From an uncultured Desulfobacterales bacterium (GTDB lineage: Bacteria; Desulfobacterota; Desulfobacteria; Desulfobacterales; SpSt-501), in contig CALIUY010000030.1 of NCBI GenBank assembly GCA_938048455.1, positions 19,568 to 83,567 on the forward strand: a stretch of 64,000 nucleotides of DNA, written 5' to 3'. The position numbers were made by a program, and so were the translations under genes. Below, piece after piece: positions 41,839 through 51,253 of the stretch. The stretch's first letter is position 1. Every line of letters begins with the position of its first letter. The notes beneath the pieces are model-generated. The model was not told the DNA's origin, made no database searches, and was given only the letters and a program-made list of their open reading frames with translations.

Positions 41839-43071
41839 ATGAAGATCGTTCGCATCCTCGTCGCGTCCATCGCCTGCTGCGGTTGGCTTCTGGGGGCCGC
41901 TGCGGAAGCCCCGGCGCAGGCCGTCGTCAAGGTCGGAAACATCCTGCCCCTCTCCGGCCCCTCGGCCTCGGTCGGTCTACAGAACAAACAGGCCCAGGAC
42001 ATGGCCGTCCAGGAGATCAACGACGCCGGGGGGATCAAGTCGCTCGGCGGAGCGAAGATCCAGATGCTCTACGCCGACTCCGAGTCCAAGCCCGAAAAGG
42101 GGGTCGCCGAGGCCGAGCGTTTCATCAACACCGAGAAGGTCCATATCCTGACCGGCGCCTGGAACTCCGCCGTCTCTTACCCGGTTTCCGCCGTAGCCGA
42201 GCGCTACCAGATTCCCTTTCTCGTCCCGGTTTCGGTCGCCGACAAGATCACCGAGCAGGGCTTCAAGTACGTCTTTCGCATCGCGGCCAAGGACAGCTGG
42301 TGGACCCGCGACCAGTTCGCCTTCCTGAAAGACTTGCAGGCCGAGTTCAACGCCAAGGTTGCGACGCTGGCCTTCGTCTACGAAAACGGCGACTGGGGCA
42401 AGGGCTTCGCCGAGGGCTGGAAGAAGCACGCCCAGGCGGGCGGCTACAAGGTCGTGCTCGACGAGCCCTACCCCTCGACGGCGACCGATTTGAGCCCCGT
42501 CGTCCAGAAGATCAAGCGCGCCAACCCGGATGTGCTCCTGCTCACCTCGAACGCGGCGGATGCGATTCTGCTCACGAACACCATGGCCGAATACAAGGTC
42601 AAGCCCAAGGCGATCGTCGCCAGCGGCGGCGGGCACGCCGACCCCTCGTATCTCAAGGCCGCCGGCAAGAACGCCCGTTACCTCTTCGACATCGTGGAGT
42701 GGGAGACCGACGTGAACAAGCCGGGGGCGAAGGAGACCAACGAAAAGTTCAAGAAGCTCTACGGCTACAACCTGACCGGCGAGTCGGTCGACGCCTACGC
42801 GGCCATGTACGTCCTGGCCGACGCCCTCGAGCGCGCCGCCTCGACCGACCCCAGGGCGATCCGCGACGCGCTGGCCAAGACGCGCCTGACGAAGGGGCCG
42901 GCGATGATCGTGGGCTATGACGCGATCGAGTTCGACGAAAGCGGGCAGAACAAGCACGCCGCGCTGGTCATGGTCCAGGTGAACGATCTCGGCAAGGGAC
43001 TCGAGCGGATCACCGTCTGGCCGAAGGCCTCGCGCCGGGCGGGCTACAAGCCGGTCTTTCCGATCCCCTAA
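41839..43071 (+). CDS. Branched-chain amino acid-type ABC transporter substrate-binding protein (LivK/LivJ family)
   Basis: ORF trimmed to ATG 41839 after AAAAGGAGG. Signal peptide, then VKVGNILPLSGPSASVGLQ..QA...AV.EIN.AGGI. Confidence 0.85.
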   Translation: MKIVRILVASIACCGWLLGAAAEAPAQAVVKVGNILPLSGPSASVGLQNKQAQDMAVQEINDAGGIKSLGGAKIQMLYADSESKPEKGVAEAERFINTEKVHILTGAWNSAVSYPVSAVAERYQIPFLVPVSVADKITEQGFKYVFRIAAKDSWWTRDQFAFLKDLQAEFNAKVATLAFVYENGDWGKGFAEGWKKHAQAGGYKVVLDEPYPSTATDLSPVVQKIKRANPDVLLLTSNAADAILLTNTMAEYKVKPKAIVASGGGHADPSYLKAAGKNARYLFDIVEWETDVNKPGAKETNEKFKKLYGYNLTGESVDAYAAMYVLADALERAASTDPRAIRDALAKTRLTKGPAMIVGYDAIEFDESGQNKHAALVMVQVNDLGKGLERITVWPKASRRAGYKPVFPIP

Positions 43072-43086
43072 TTCTCCCTTGAGCGG

Positions 43087-43102
43087 AAAGGGGCGCCCCT
43101 TT
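43087..43102 (+). other. Intercistronic GC-rich palindrome after the SBP gene (AAAGGGGCGCCCCTTT)
   Basis: Perfect 16-nt palindrome 16 nt downstream of the SBP stop, before the first permease gene. It may act as a partial terminator or an mRNA-stabilising stem. Confidence 0.35.
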
Positions 43103-43134
43103 GCGGGAGGCGGGCGCCCCGCGCGACGCAAGGC

Positions 43135-44022
43135 ATGATCCATCTCCTCGAAGACACGATCAACGGGGTCCTCATGGGCTCGATCTACGGGCTGGCCGCC
43201 CTCGGGCTCACGCTGATCTTCGGGGTGCTCAAGGTGATCAACTTCGCTCACGGCTCGCTCCTTATGGTGGGAATGTACGCCGCCTATTGGGCGGTGCTGC
43301 TGACGGGGGTCCACCCCTACCTCGCCCTGGTCTTCGTCCTGCCGCTCATGTTCGCCTTCGGCTACCTGCTCCAGGCCGTTGTGATCCAGCCGATCTTCAA
43401 AGCCGAGCGCGAGGTGCGCGAGCCGATCACGGTCATCATCGTCACCACCGGCGTCTGGTACATCCTGGACAACCTCGCCCTGCTCGTCTTCGGACCGCAG
43501 TACCGCAACATCCAGGACAACCCCTTGCGCGGCCGGATGATCGAAGCCGGGGAGATGCTCATCTCGGTGCCCAAGCTCTGGGGGTTCTGCGCGGCCGTCG
43601 CCACCGCGGCCTTAATCTGGCTTTTCCTGCAGAAGACCCGCATGGGTCGGGCCGTACGCGCCACGAGCCTCGACCGCGACGCGGCGAGCCTTCAGGGAAT
43701 CAACCCCTACAAGATCTACAACATCGCCTTCGGCCTGGGAACCGCCGTGGCCGGCGTGGCGGGGGTGGCGCTCGTTCCCTTCTACAACATCTTTCCCACG
43801 GTCGGCGTGCTCTTCGACATCAAATGCTTCATCATCGTCGTCTTGGGGGGGCTGGGCAGCATCGGCGGGGCGCTTCTCGGCGGGATGATCATCGGGGTGA
43901 TCGAATCGGTCGGACCGCAGTTCATGACCGCGACCTGGACCGAGGCGATCGTTTACGGCCTGTTCCTGGGCTTTCTCTTCCTGCGGCCCTCGGGCCTTTT
44001 CGGCGTGAAGTACGACTGGTGA
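43135..44022 (+). CDS. livH: Branched-chain amino acid ABC transporter permease (LivH-like)
   Basis: MIHLLEDTINGVLMGSIYGLAALGLTLIFGVLKVINFAHGSL, a typical LivH N-terminus. 295 aa. Confidence 0.88.
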   Translation: MIHLLEDTINGVLMGSIYGLAALGLTLIFGVLKVINFAHGSLLMVGMYAAYWAVLLTGVHPYLALVFVLPLMFAFGYLLQAVVIQPIFKAEREVREPITVIIVTTGVWYILDNLALLVFGPQYRNIQDNPLRGRMIEAGEMLISVPKLWGFCAAVATAALIWLFLQKTRMGRAVRATSLDRDAASLQGINPYKIYNIAFGLGTAVAGVAGVALVPFYNIFPTVGVLFDIKCFIIVVLGGLGSIGGALLGGMIIGVIESVGPQFMTATWTEAIVYGLFLGFLFLRPSGLFGVKYDW

Positions 44023-45059
44023 ACGCTTCGACCGTCACCCGGCAACCGGCGTCCGGCCGCCCCGTTCTCCTGCGGTGGGCGCCGCTCCTGCTCCTGCTCG
44101 CCTTCGCCTTCGCCCTGCCGCTCGTCGTGCGCAGCGCGACCTACCTCCACATCCTCATCCTGCTCCTGCTTTACGCCTACCTCACGACGAGCTGGAACCT
44201 CGTCGGCGGCTTCGCCGGCGTGTTGCCGCTCGGCCACGCCGCCTTCGTCGGCATCGGGGCCTACACCTCGACCGTCCTATCGCTTCAATACGGCCTAAGC
44301 CCCTGGATCGGGATGATCCTGGGCGGCATGATTTCCACCATTGTCGGGGTGCTGATCGGGCTGCCCACCTTCAAGATGCGGGGGGCTTATTTCGCCCTGG
44401 CGACGATCGCCTTCGCCGAGGGGCTGCGCGTCATGGTCGAAAACCTCGACCGGCTCGGGCCCTTCCGCCTGAACGGGCCGCGGGGGCTGCAGATCCCGCC
44501 GCTCGAGGTCGGCTTCGGCCGCTTGATGTTCGCCGAGAAGGAGCCTTACTACTACATCATCCTGACGATGCTCGTGCTGGCGGTAGGAATCACCTGGGCG
44601 GTTTCGCGCTCCAAGCTGGGATACTGCCTCGCCGCCGGGGGGGAGGAACCCGAGGCGGCGCAGTCCCTGGGGATCAACGTCGCCCGGCTGAAGCTGATCG
44701 CCATGGCGATCAGCTCCTTTCTCACCTCGCTCGCCGGCACCTTCTGGGCCCAGTTCACGCTCTACATCCATCCCAAGAGCGTCATGAGCCTGGACATCTC
44801 CTTCGAAATCGCCTTTATCGCCTTGATCGGCGGCCGCGGCTCGATCGCCGGCCCGCTGCTCGGCGCGCTGTTGCTCCGGCCGGTGAGCGACTTCTCGCGT
44901 ATCCATTTCGGGGACACCCTGCCCGGGCTGCACCTGGTCATCTTCGGCGTGGTCCTCATTCTCGTCATGCTCTACCAGCCGCGCGGCCTGCAGGAGCCGC
45001 TCACGCGCCTTTACCGTCGCGGGATGCAGCGCCTCTTCGGGACGGGGGAGGGGGGATGA
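44019..45059 (+). CDS. livM: Branched-chain amino acid ABC transporter permease (LivM-like)
   Basis: GTG 44019 overlaps the upstream stop (GTGA). SWNLVGGFAGVLPLGHAAFVGIGAYT and FKMRGAYFALATIAFAE. Confidence 0.88.
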   Translation: MNASTVTRQPASGRPVLLRWAPLLLLLAFAFALPLVVRSATYLHILILLLLYAYLTTSWNLVGGFAGVLPLGHAAFVGIGAYTSTVLSLQYGLSPWIGMILGGMISTIVGVLIGLPTFKMRGAYFALATIAFAEGLRVMVENLDRLGPFRLNGPRGLQIPPLEVGFGRLMFAEKEPYYYIILTMLVLAVGITWAVSRSKLGYCLAAGGEEPEAAQSLGINVARLKLIAMAISSFLTSLAGTFWAQFTLYIHPKSVMSLDISFEIAFIALIGGRGSIAGPLLGALLLRPVSDFSRIHFGDTLPGLHLVIFGVVLILVMLYQPRGLQEPLTRLYRRGMQRLFGTGEGG

Positions 45060-45781
45060 GACTGCTTGAGCTCCATCGCGTGAGCAAGCACTTCGGCGGG
45101 ATCCGCGCCGTCGAGGATTTCAGCCTCGAGGTGCAGGCCGGCGAAATCGTCGGCCTGATCGGGCCGAACGGCGCCGGAAAATCGACCCTCTTCAACTGCG
45201 TCGCCGGTGTCTTCCCGCCGACCTCCGGGGAGATCGTCTTCCAAGGGAAACGGATCGAGGGCCGCAAACCCTGGGAACTCTGCCGCCTGGGAATCGCCCG
45301 CACCTTTCAGATCGTCAAACCCTTCGCCTCGCGCACGGTGCTCTACAACGTGACCGTGGGCGCCTTCGCCACCACCTCCCGGCTCGCCGAAGCCGAGCGA
45401 CGCGCCCTCGCGGTCCTGCGAACACTGCACATGGAGGAGAAGGCTCACGTGCGCGCGGCCAACCTCACGATCGCCGACCGCAAACGTCTGGAGATCGCCC
45501 GGGCGCTCGCCACCCGGCCGCGGCTTCTGCTCCTCGACGAGGTGATGGCGGGGCTGCGGCCGACCGAGGTCGACGAGATGGTGGAGGTCATCCGCCGCCT
45601 GCGGGACTCGGGGATCACCTTCTTCGTGATCGAGCACATCATGCGCGCCGTGATGGCGCTCTCCGACCGCATCGCCGTTCTGCACTTCGGGCACAAGATC
45701 GCCGAGGGCCTCCCGGCGGAAGTCGCCCGCGACGATCGCGTGATCAAGGCCTACCTCGGAGAGGACTATGGCGCTGCTTGA
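45056..45781 (+). CDS. livG: Branched-chain amino acid ABC transporter ATP-binding protein (LivG-like)
   Basis: ATGA overlap with livM. Walker A GPNGAGKST, LEIARALATRPRLLLLDEVMAGL, and C-terminal VIKAYLG. Confidence 0.9.
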   Translation: MRLLELHRVSKHFGGIRAVEDFSLEVQAGEIVGLIGPNGAGKSTLFNCVAGVFPPTSGEIVFQGKRIEGRKPWELCRLGIARTFQIVKPFASRTVLYNVTVGAFATTSRLAEAERRALAVLRTLHMEEKAHVRAANLTIADRKRLEIARALATRPRLLLLDEVMAGLRPTEVDEMVEVIRRLRDSGITFFVIEHIMRAVMALSDRIAVLHFGHKIAEGLPAEVARDDRVIKAYLGEDYGAA

Positions 45782-46478
45782 GGTCGATCGCCTGGAGGTG
45801 AGCTACGGAGACGTGCAGGTGCTCTTCGCGCTCTCGCTGCATGTGGAAGAGGGCGAGGTCGTGAGCATCATCGGCGGAAACGGCGCCGGCAAATCGACGC
45901 TGCTGCGCACGATCTCGGGACTGCTCCGCCCGCGGCGGGGGGAAATCCGTTTCGACGGCCGGCCCATTCAGAATCTCCCGCCGGAGCGGATCGTGGCCGA
46001 GGGGGTCGTCCATGTCCCCGAGGGCCGCCGGCTCTTCGGGCTGATGTCGGTCGAGGACAACCTGCGGACCGGCGCCTACAGCCCCCGCGCGGCGGGTTGC
46101 GAGGAAGAGACCCTGGAGATGGTCTTCGGCCTCTTTCCGCGCCTCAAGGAGCGGACGGCGCAGATGGCCATGACCCTCTCCGGGGGCGAGCAGCAGATGC
46201 TCGCCATCGGCCGGGGGCTGATGGCGCGGCCCCGGTTGCTCATGCTCGACGAACCCTCGCTCGGGCTGGCGCCGATCCTCATCCGCAGCATTTTCGACAC
46301 CGTGCGGCGGATCGCCGCGCAGGGTACGACGGTGCTCCTGGTCGAGCAGGACGTGCGCCACTCGCTCGAGCTCTCCCACCGCGGCTACGTGCTCGAGCAC
46401 GGCCGGATCGCGCTCGAAGGGCCGGCTGCGGATCTCCTCGGAAACCCCCACGTCCGCACGGCCTATCTGGGAATCTGA
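45768..46478 (+). CDS. livF: Branched-chain amino acid ABC transporter ATP-binding protein (LivF-like)
   Basis: Walker A GGNGAGKST, signature LSGGEQQMLAIGRGLM, Walker B LMLDEPSLGLAP, and C-terminal VRTAYLG. Confidence 0.9.
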   Translation: MALLEVDRLEVSYGDVQVLFALSLHVEEGEVVSIIGGNGAGKSTLLRTISGLLRPRRGEIRFDGRPIQNLPPERIVAEGVVHVPEGRRLFGLMSVEDNLRTGAYSPRAAGCEEETLEMVFGLFPRLKERTAQMAMTLSGGEQQMLAIGRGLMARPRLLMLDEPSLGLAPILIRSIFDTVRRIAAQGTTVLLVEQDVRHSLELSHRGYVLEHGRIALEGPAADLLGNPHVRTAYLGI

Positions 46479-46505
46479 ACCCCCTTGCCTAAGGAGAACG
46501 AATCC

Positions 46506-47780
46506 ATGCCGCCCCTCCCCCTCACCAACCCGAGCCTCCAGGAACGCCGCGCCAAGGCCATTTCGGCCGGCGTCGCCAGCCTCACCTCCCTTTACGTCGC
46601 CTCCGCCCGGGGGGCGATCGTGCGCGATGTGGAGGGCCGCGAGTACATCGATTTCGGCGGCGGCATCGGGGTCATGAACATCGGCCATTGCCACCCGCGG
46701 GTGGTGGCGGCCATCCGCGGGCAAGCCGAGAAGTTCCATCACACCTGCTTCATGGTGAGCCCCTACGAGGTCGCCGTGCGGCTGGCCGAAAAGCTCTGCC
46801 GTCTCACCCCGGGCGACTTTCCCAAGAAAGCCCTCTTCGTGAACAGCGGGGCCGAGGCCGTGGAAAACGCGGTCAAGATCGCGCGCTGCTACACGAAACG
46901 CCCCGCGGTCATCGTCTTCGAAAACGCCTACCACGGCCGGACGCTGCTCACGATGACGATGACGAGCAAGGTCAAGCCCTACAAGTTCGGCTTCGGCCCC
47001 TTCGCCCCGGAGATCTACCGCATGCCTTTCGGCGACACGGCCGGGCCGGAGAAGCTGCGGGATTTCTTTCTCCAGCACGTGAATCCCGAAGCGGTCGCCT
47101 GCGTCGTGGCCGAGCCGGTCCAGGGCGAAGGGGGATTCATCGCACCGCCTCCGGGCTATTTTCAGGAACTCGTTCGCATCTGTCGCGAGCACGGCATTCT
47201 CTTCGTCGCCGACGAAATCCAAAGCGGCATGGGGCGCACGGGACGCATGTTCGCCATCGAGCACTGGGGCGTCGCGCCCGATCTGCTTACGGCGGCGAAG
47301 AGCCTGGGCGCCGGCATGCCGATCGCGGCCGTGGTCGGCCGGGCCGAGATCCTCGATGCCGTGCACCCCTGGGGCTTGGGCGGCACCTACGGCGCAAACC
47401 CCGTGGCCTGCGCCGCAGCCCTTGCCGTGCTGGAGGTCTTCGAGGAAGAGGACATGCTCGGCAAAGCCCGCCGGCTCGGAGAAAAACTGAAGGCGCGCTT
47501 CGAAATGTGGCGGCAACGCTTTCCGCAGATCGGAGAGATCCGCGGGCTGGGAGCGATGCTGGGCTTCACCCTCGTGCGGGGCACGGAGCGGGCGCCGGCG
47601 GCCGAGGAGGCGAAGCGGCTCGCCGCCTTCTGCCTCGAGCGCGGCCTGATCCTGCTCGTCTGCGGCACCTACAGCAACGTCATCCGCGTGCTCGCCCCCT
47701 TTGTCATCACCGACGCCGAGCTGGAAAAGGGGCTTTCGATCCTGGAGGCGGGGCTGGAGGAAATCGGCCGCTCGACTTGA
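46506..47780 (+). CDS. gabT: 4-aminobutyrate aminotransferase (class III PLP aminotransferase)
   Basis: ORF trimmed to ATG 46506 after AAGGAG. Collinear with E. coli GabT (VRDVEGREYIDFGGGIGVMNIGHCHPRVV, HTCF, PGDFPKK.LFVNSGAEAVENAVKIAR..TKR, AYHGRT, ADEIQSGMGRTG..FA.EH). Confidence 0.88.
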   Translation: MPPLPLTNPSLQERRAKAISAGVASLTSLYVASARGAIVRDVEGREYIDFGGGIGVMNIGHCHPRVVAAIRGQAEKFHHTCFMVSPYEVAVRLAEKLCRLTPGDFPKKALFVNSGAEAVENAVKIARCYTKRPAVIVFENAYHGRTLLTMTMTSKVKPYKFGFGPFAPEIYRMPFGDTAGPEKLRDFFLQHVNPEAVACVVAEPVQGEGGFIAPPPGYFQELVRICREHGILFVADEIQSGMGRTGRMFAIEHWGVAPDLLTAAKSLGAGMPIAAVVGRAEILDAVHPWGLGGTYGANPVACAAALAVLEVFEEEDMLGKARRLGEKLKARFEMWRQRFPQIGEIRGLGAMLGFTLVRGTERAPAAEEAKRLAAFCLERGLILLVCGTYSNVIRVLAPFVITDAELEKGLSILEAGLEEIGRST

Positions 47781-47882
47781 AGGGAAAAACCCTCAGGTTT
47801 CCTGTTGCCGGGAAGCGAAGGGATCCCCGGGCCCGCCGGGGGATCGCCGCGGCACATCCGGGAAGCCTGGGGGGTCGGGGTT

Positions 47883-47920
47883 AAAGAAAGGCCGGCATTC
47901 GGTTCAGCCCGCAAGCCGGC
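47883..47920 (-). terminator. Possible intrinsic terminator after the CoA-transferase operon
   Basis: Minus strand: GCCGGC...CGG..CCG...GCCGGC stem (47891..47920) followed by CTTTCTTT (47890..47883), 6 nt downstream of the TAG stop. The stem contains interior loops. Confidence 0.35.
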
Positions 47921-47925
47921 GCTTT

Positions 47926-48690
47926 CTACCCCAAGATCAGCCGCTGGGGATCCACGATCTCGCGCAGGATCTTGAGCTCGCGCGGGCTCGGAGGCTCGAG
48001 CTCGCGGGCACGCGAGACCTCCACGGAAAACTCCATGTGCGCCAGAACCTCCTGCGGGCTTCCCCCCGGGTACCAGGCCTCGAGGAACATCTCGCGGCTC
48101 TCCGGGTCGAAGGCCATCACCGCCAGGTCGGTGATCACGGCCTCCGGACCCCCGCCGGGCAGACCCGCGCGGCGTCGGCCGTCCGCCCCGTCGAGCCAGC
48201 CGGGGCTCGTGAGGTAATCGACCCGTTTCACGAACTTGCGGCGCTCGTGCTGCATGAAGAGGATCGTGCGGTCGACGAAGGAGGCGACATCGCAGGCCCC
48301 GCCGCTTCCCGAAAAGCGCACTTTGGGGTGGAGATACTCCCCGATCGCCGTCGAATTGAGGTTGCCGAAGCGGTCGATCTGCGCCGCCCCCAGGATGCCG
48401 ACGACATGCCGCCCGGTGGTCGGGTTCTGCATGAGGGCGAAGGCGTCGGCCAACCCCGTGCACGAGGAGGCACCGTACATGACCCGGGGGTCGCCGACGG
48501 CGAGCGGGATCTCCTCGAGGCGCGAGTCGACGGCCCCGGTCTCGAAGATGATCACGCTGTTGGGGGCGTAGATGTGCTTGGCCGCCATGGCGGCGAGCAT
48601 CGAGATCCCCGTGCCGCAGAAGACGATTTCGCCGTCGCGGATCTTGCGCGCGGCGGCAAGCGTCATCAGCTCCCGGCGGGTGTATTCCAT
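47926..48690 (-). CDS. CoA-transferase subunit B (glutaconate / 3-oxoacid CoA-transferase family)
   Basis: Tail of ORF 47926..49755. ATG 48690 (MEYTRRELM...) has GGGAGA upstream; the alternative start is ATG 48708. IVFCGTGISMLAAMAAK, GAAQIDRFGNLNST and RFSGSGGA.D. Confidence 0.8.
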   Translation of the reverse strand: MEYTRRELMTLAAARKIRDGEIVFCGTGISMLAAMAAKHIYAPNSVIIFETGAVDSRLEEIPLAVGDPRVMYGASSCTGLADAFALMQNPTTGRHVVGILGAAQIDRFGNLNSTAIGEYLHPKVRFSGSGGACDVASFVDRTILFMQHERRKFVKRVDYLTSPGWLDGADGRRRAGLPGGGPEAVITDLAVMAFDPESREMFLEAWYPGGSPQEVLAHMEFSVEVSRARELEPPSPRELKILREIVDPQRLILG

Positions 48691-48722
48691 GGGCCGTCTC
48701 CCGGTCATGGCGGAATCCGGCC

Positions 48723-49697
48723 TCAGCGCTTGAGGCCGGTGGCGTATCCCGTGCGGGGGTCGGCCTGGATGGCGGAGAGCCGCTCCGGGCCCACCGCGGC
48801 GATGCGCGCGGTCTGGTCCCGCAGGGCGAAGACCCAGCGCTCGAGGTATTCCGCCCAGCGCCCCTCGTCGGTCGCCGCCGTGCGGTAGTCGCTCAGAAAC
48901 ACGGGATCGTAGTCGTAATGGCGGTAACAGGCCGTGGGGTAGGCGCCGTAGGGGACATGGACCACGGCGTCGACGACCACCCCGGGGATCTGGTTGCGCT
49001 CGGGCTCGTCGCGCAGATCCTCCGGCCCCACAAGCTCCTCGCAGGTCACGACGACGTGGCGCGCGGCGCGGGCCTGCTCCACGTCGGCGAAGGCGAGCCC
49101 GGCGATGCGGCAGGTGCCGTCGGGGGCGGCCTTCTGGACGTGAAGCAGGGTGACGTCGGGCCGGATCGCGGGCACAAGGACCACGCGTTCGGTTTCCGCC
49201 CAATCGCCGAAGGGGTTTTCGAGGACGACGAGCTTCTTCTTCGGCAGCCGCGGGTCGGCCGCACGCATCGCCTCGGAAAATCCCCAGCGGGCGAGAATGT
49301 CGGTTCCCAGGCCCGAGCGCGTCGGAAGAAAGGGGACGCCCATCGCCCCGGCGAGGAAGCGGAGCGTCATCTGGTAGTTGGAATAGTCCTCGAACTGAAT
49401 GCCGCCCGATTCGACGGCTTTGCGGAACCGGATGCAGGTCGGGGCGAAGCGTCCCGTGCCGGCGTAAGCGATCTCGATGCGTGCGACACAGCCCGCCCCC
49501 ACGAGCTCGTCCACCCCTTGGCCGTTCGAATGGGCGTAAAGGTGGAAACCTCGTTTCCGCTGGCGGATGATTTCGTAGACCGCGGCCATCGGGTTGCGGT
49601 TGCAGGTGAACCCCCCGATGGACAGGTGGGCCCCGTCGGGAACGAAGCGGGTGACCGCCTCCTCCAGCCCCATCACCTTGTCGGGCGCAATTCTCAT
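48723..49697 (-). CDS. CoA-transferase subunit A (glutaconate / 3-oxoacid CoA-transferase family)
   Basis: KVMGLEEAV.RFVPDGAHLSIGGF.....P.A...EIIRQ..RGFHLY and Y.GTG.F. 324 aa, directly upstream of subunit B. Confidence 0.85.
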   Translation of the reverse strand: MRIAPDKVMGLEEAVTRFVPDGAHLSIGGFTCNRNPMAAVYEIIRQRKRGFHLYAHSNGQGVDELVGAGCVARIEIAYAGTGRFAPTCIRFRKAVESGGIQFEDYSNYQMTLRFLAGAMGVPFLPTRSGLGTDILARWGFSEAMRAADPRLPKKKLVVLENPFGDWAETERVVLVPAIRPDVTLLHVQKAAPDGTCRIAGLAFADVEQARAARHVVVTCEELVGPEDLRDEPERNQIPGVVVDAVVHVPYGAYPTACYRHYDYDPVFLSDYRTAATDEGRWAEYLERWVFALRDQTARIAAVGPERLSAIQADPRTGYATGLKR

Positions 49698-49851
49698 CGC
49701 CGGCGAGCCTATCCCTCATCCGCGGCGGCGGAACGGTTTCGCCCGGGATTAGCATCGGGGTTGTGTCGGGTCAAGAGCCGCCCCCCTTTGACAAGGCCCT
49801 TCCCCCCTTCTACAAGAGAAGACAACGGCCCGCGGCCGAAGCCCGACCCCG

Positions 49852-51177
49852 ATGGACGCAAAACGATCATCCCGCGACGATCTCGCCGCCCTGGTCGCCG
49901 ATCCCGGCGGCCGCATTTTCGATCTACCCGAATACGCCGCGGTCGGGATGGCGGGAGGGGTCTTCGCGCCGCTCGAGCTCGCGGAGACGATCCCGCTTCC
50001 CCAAGGAAGCGAGCTTTTTGTCCTGCCGGACCGCGTGCCGCTTCTCTACCACCGGGAAAGGAAGCGACTCGAGGCGGTCCCCACCCATCCCGAAGCGCCC
50101 GATACCCCATTGGTGCCGGTTGCGGCGTTCAATTCCCCGGGGGTCGTCGCCACCTGGGCCCCGGCATACCGCGAACGGGAAGGGGCACGGACGCTTCCGC
50201 TCTTCTGCTACGGTGCGGTCGGCTGGGGCGGGGGACGGTTCCGGGCAGCCGCGGTGCGCGTCGACTGGGAGCCGCGTCAGGATCTGCGGCGCATGCCGCT
50301 TGCCGCGGTGCGCGCCGGGGTGCGTCGGCTGCGCCGGATCCTGCCGCGGAACCGCCTCCGGCAACATCTCGAGACCTGCGCTCTCCTCTACGGCTGCCCC
50401 GCGGGGAAAAATTTCTTTCTCGGACGCTACGAAGCCCCCCTGCCCACCGCCGTGAGCTGCAACGCGCGTTGCCTGGGGTGCCTCTCGTACCAGCCGGAGG
50501 GCGAAATCCCCTGCACCCAGGAGCGGATCCGCTTCACGCCCCGCCCGGAGGAAATCGCCGCGGTCGCCCTCGCGCACATCGAGCGCGCGCCCCGGCCGAT
50601 TGTGAGCTTCGGCCAAGGATGCGAGGGCGAGCCGCTGACCGCCGCCCGGGTGATCGCCCCGGCGATCCGCCGCATCCGCGAGAAAACGACACGGGGCACG
50701 ATCCACCTGAACACGAACGCGAGCCTCCCCCGAGCGCTGGCGAGCCTCTGCGCGGCCGGACTCGACAGCATCCGCGTCAGCGCGAACAGCCTGCGCCCCG
50801 CCTGCTACGAAGCCTATTTCCGACCCCGCGGCTACCGTTTCCGGGACGTGCTGCAGAGCATCGACCTGGCCCTCACGCGCGGGCTTTATGTCGCCATCAA
50901 CTATCTGAACGCCCCGGGCTTCACCGACACGGATTCGGAATTCAAGGCGCTGTGCCGCTTCCTGCGCCGTCACCCGGTACAGATGATCCAGTGGCGCAAC
51001 CTAAACTACGACCCGCTGCGCTACCGGGAGGCCATGGCCGCAGTCGCCCGGCCGGAGATCCCCTTCGGCATGCGGGCGCTCCTGGCGGCGGTGCGCCGGG
51101 AATTCCCGGAATTGAAATTCGGCTATTTCAACCCGCCGCGGGAAAAATGGCGCGAGCGGGGACCGGATCCGCGGTGA
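49852..51177 (+). CDS. Radical SAM protein with an uncharacterised N-terminal domain of about 200 aa
   Basis: CxxxCxxC at PTAVSCNARCLGCLS, then FGQGCEGEPL, IHLNTNAS and GLDSIRVSANS. Family not recognised. No convincing SD at ATG 49852, and ATG 49948 is an alternative start. Confidence 0.7.
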   Translation: MDAKRSSRDDLAALVADPGGRIFDLPEYAAVGMAGGVFAPLELAETIPLPQGSELFVLPDRVPLLYHRERKRLEAVPTHPEAPDTPLVPVAAFNSPGVVATWAPAYREREGARTLPLFCYGAVGWGGGRFRAAAVRVDWEPRQDLRRMPLAAVRAGVRRLRRILPRNRLRQHLETCALLYGCPAGKNFFLGRYEAPLPTAVSCNARCLGCLSYQPEGEIPCTQERIRFTPRPEEIAAVALAHIERAPRPIVSFGQGCEGEPLTAARVIAPAIRRIREKTTRGTIHLNTNASLPRALASLCAAGLDSIRVSANSLRPACYEAYFRPRGYRFRDVLQSIDLALTRGLYVAINYLNAPGFTDTDSEFKALCRFLRRHPVQMIQWRNLNYDPLRYREAMAAVARPEIPFGMRALLAAVRREFPELKFGYFNPPREKWRERGPDPR

Positions 51178-51253
51178 CCCGTATCCTCCCTTGGGGGTCT
51201 CCGCCGCCAAACGCTTCCTGAAGGGAAGCCGCGCACAGGGAAAGGAGCCTGCC

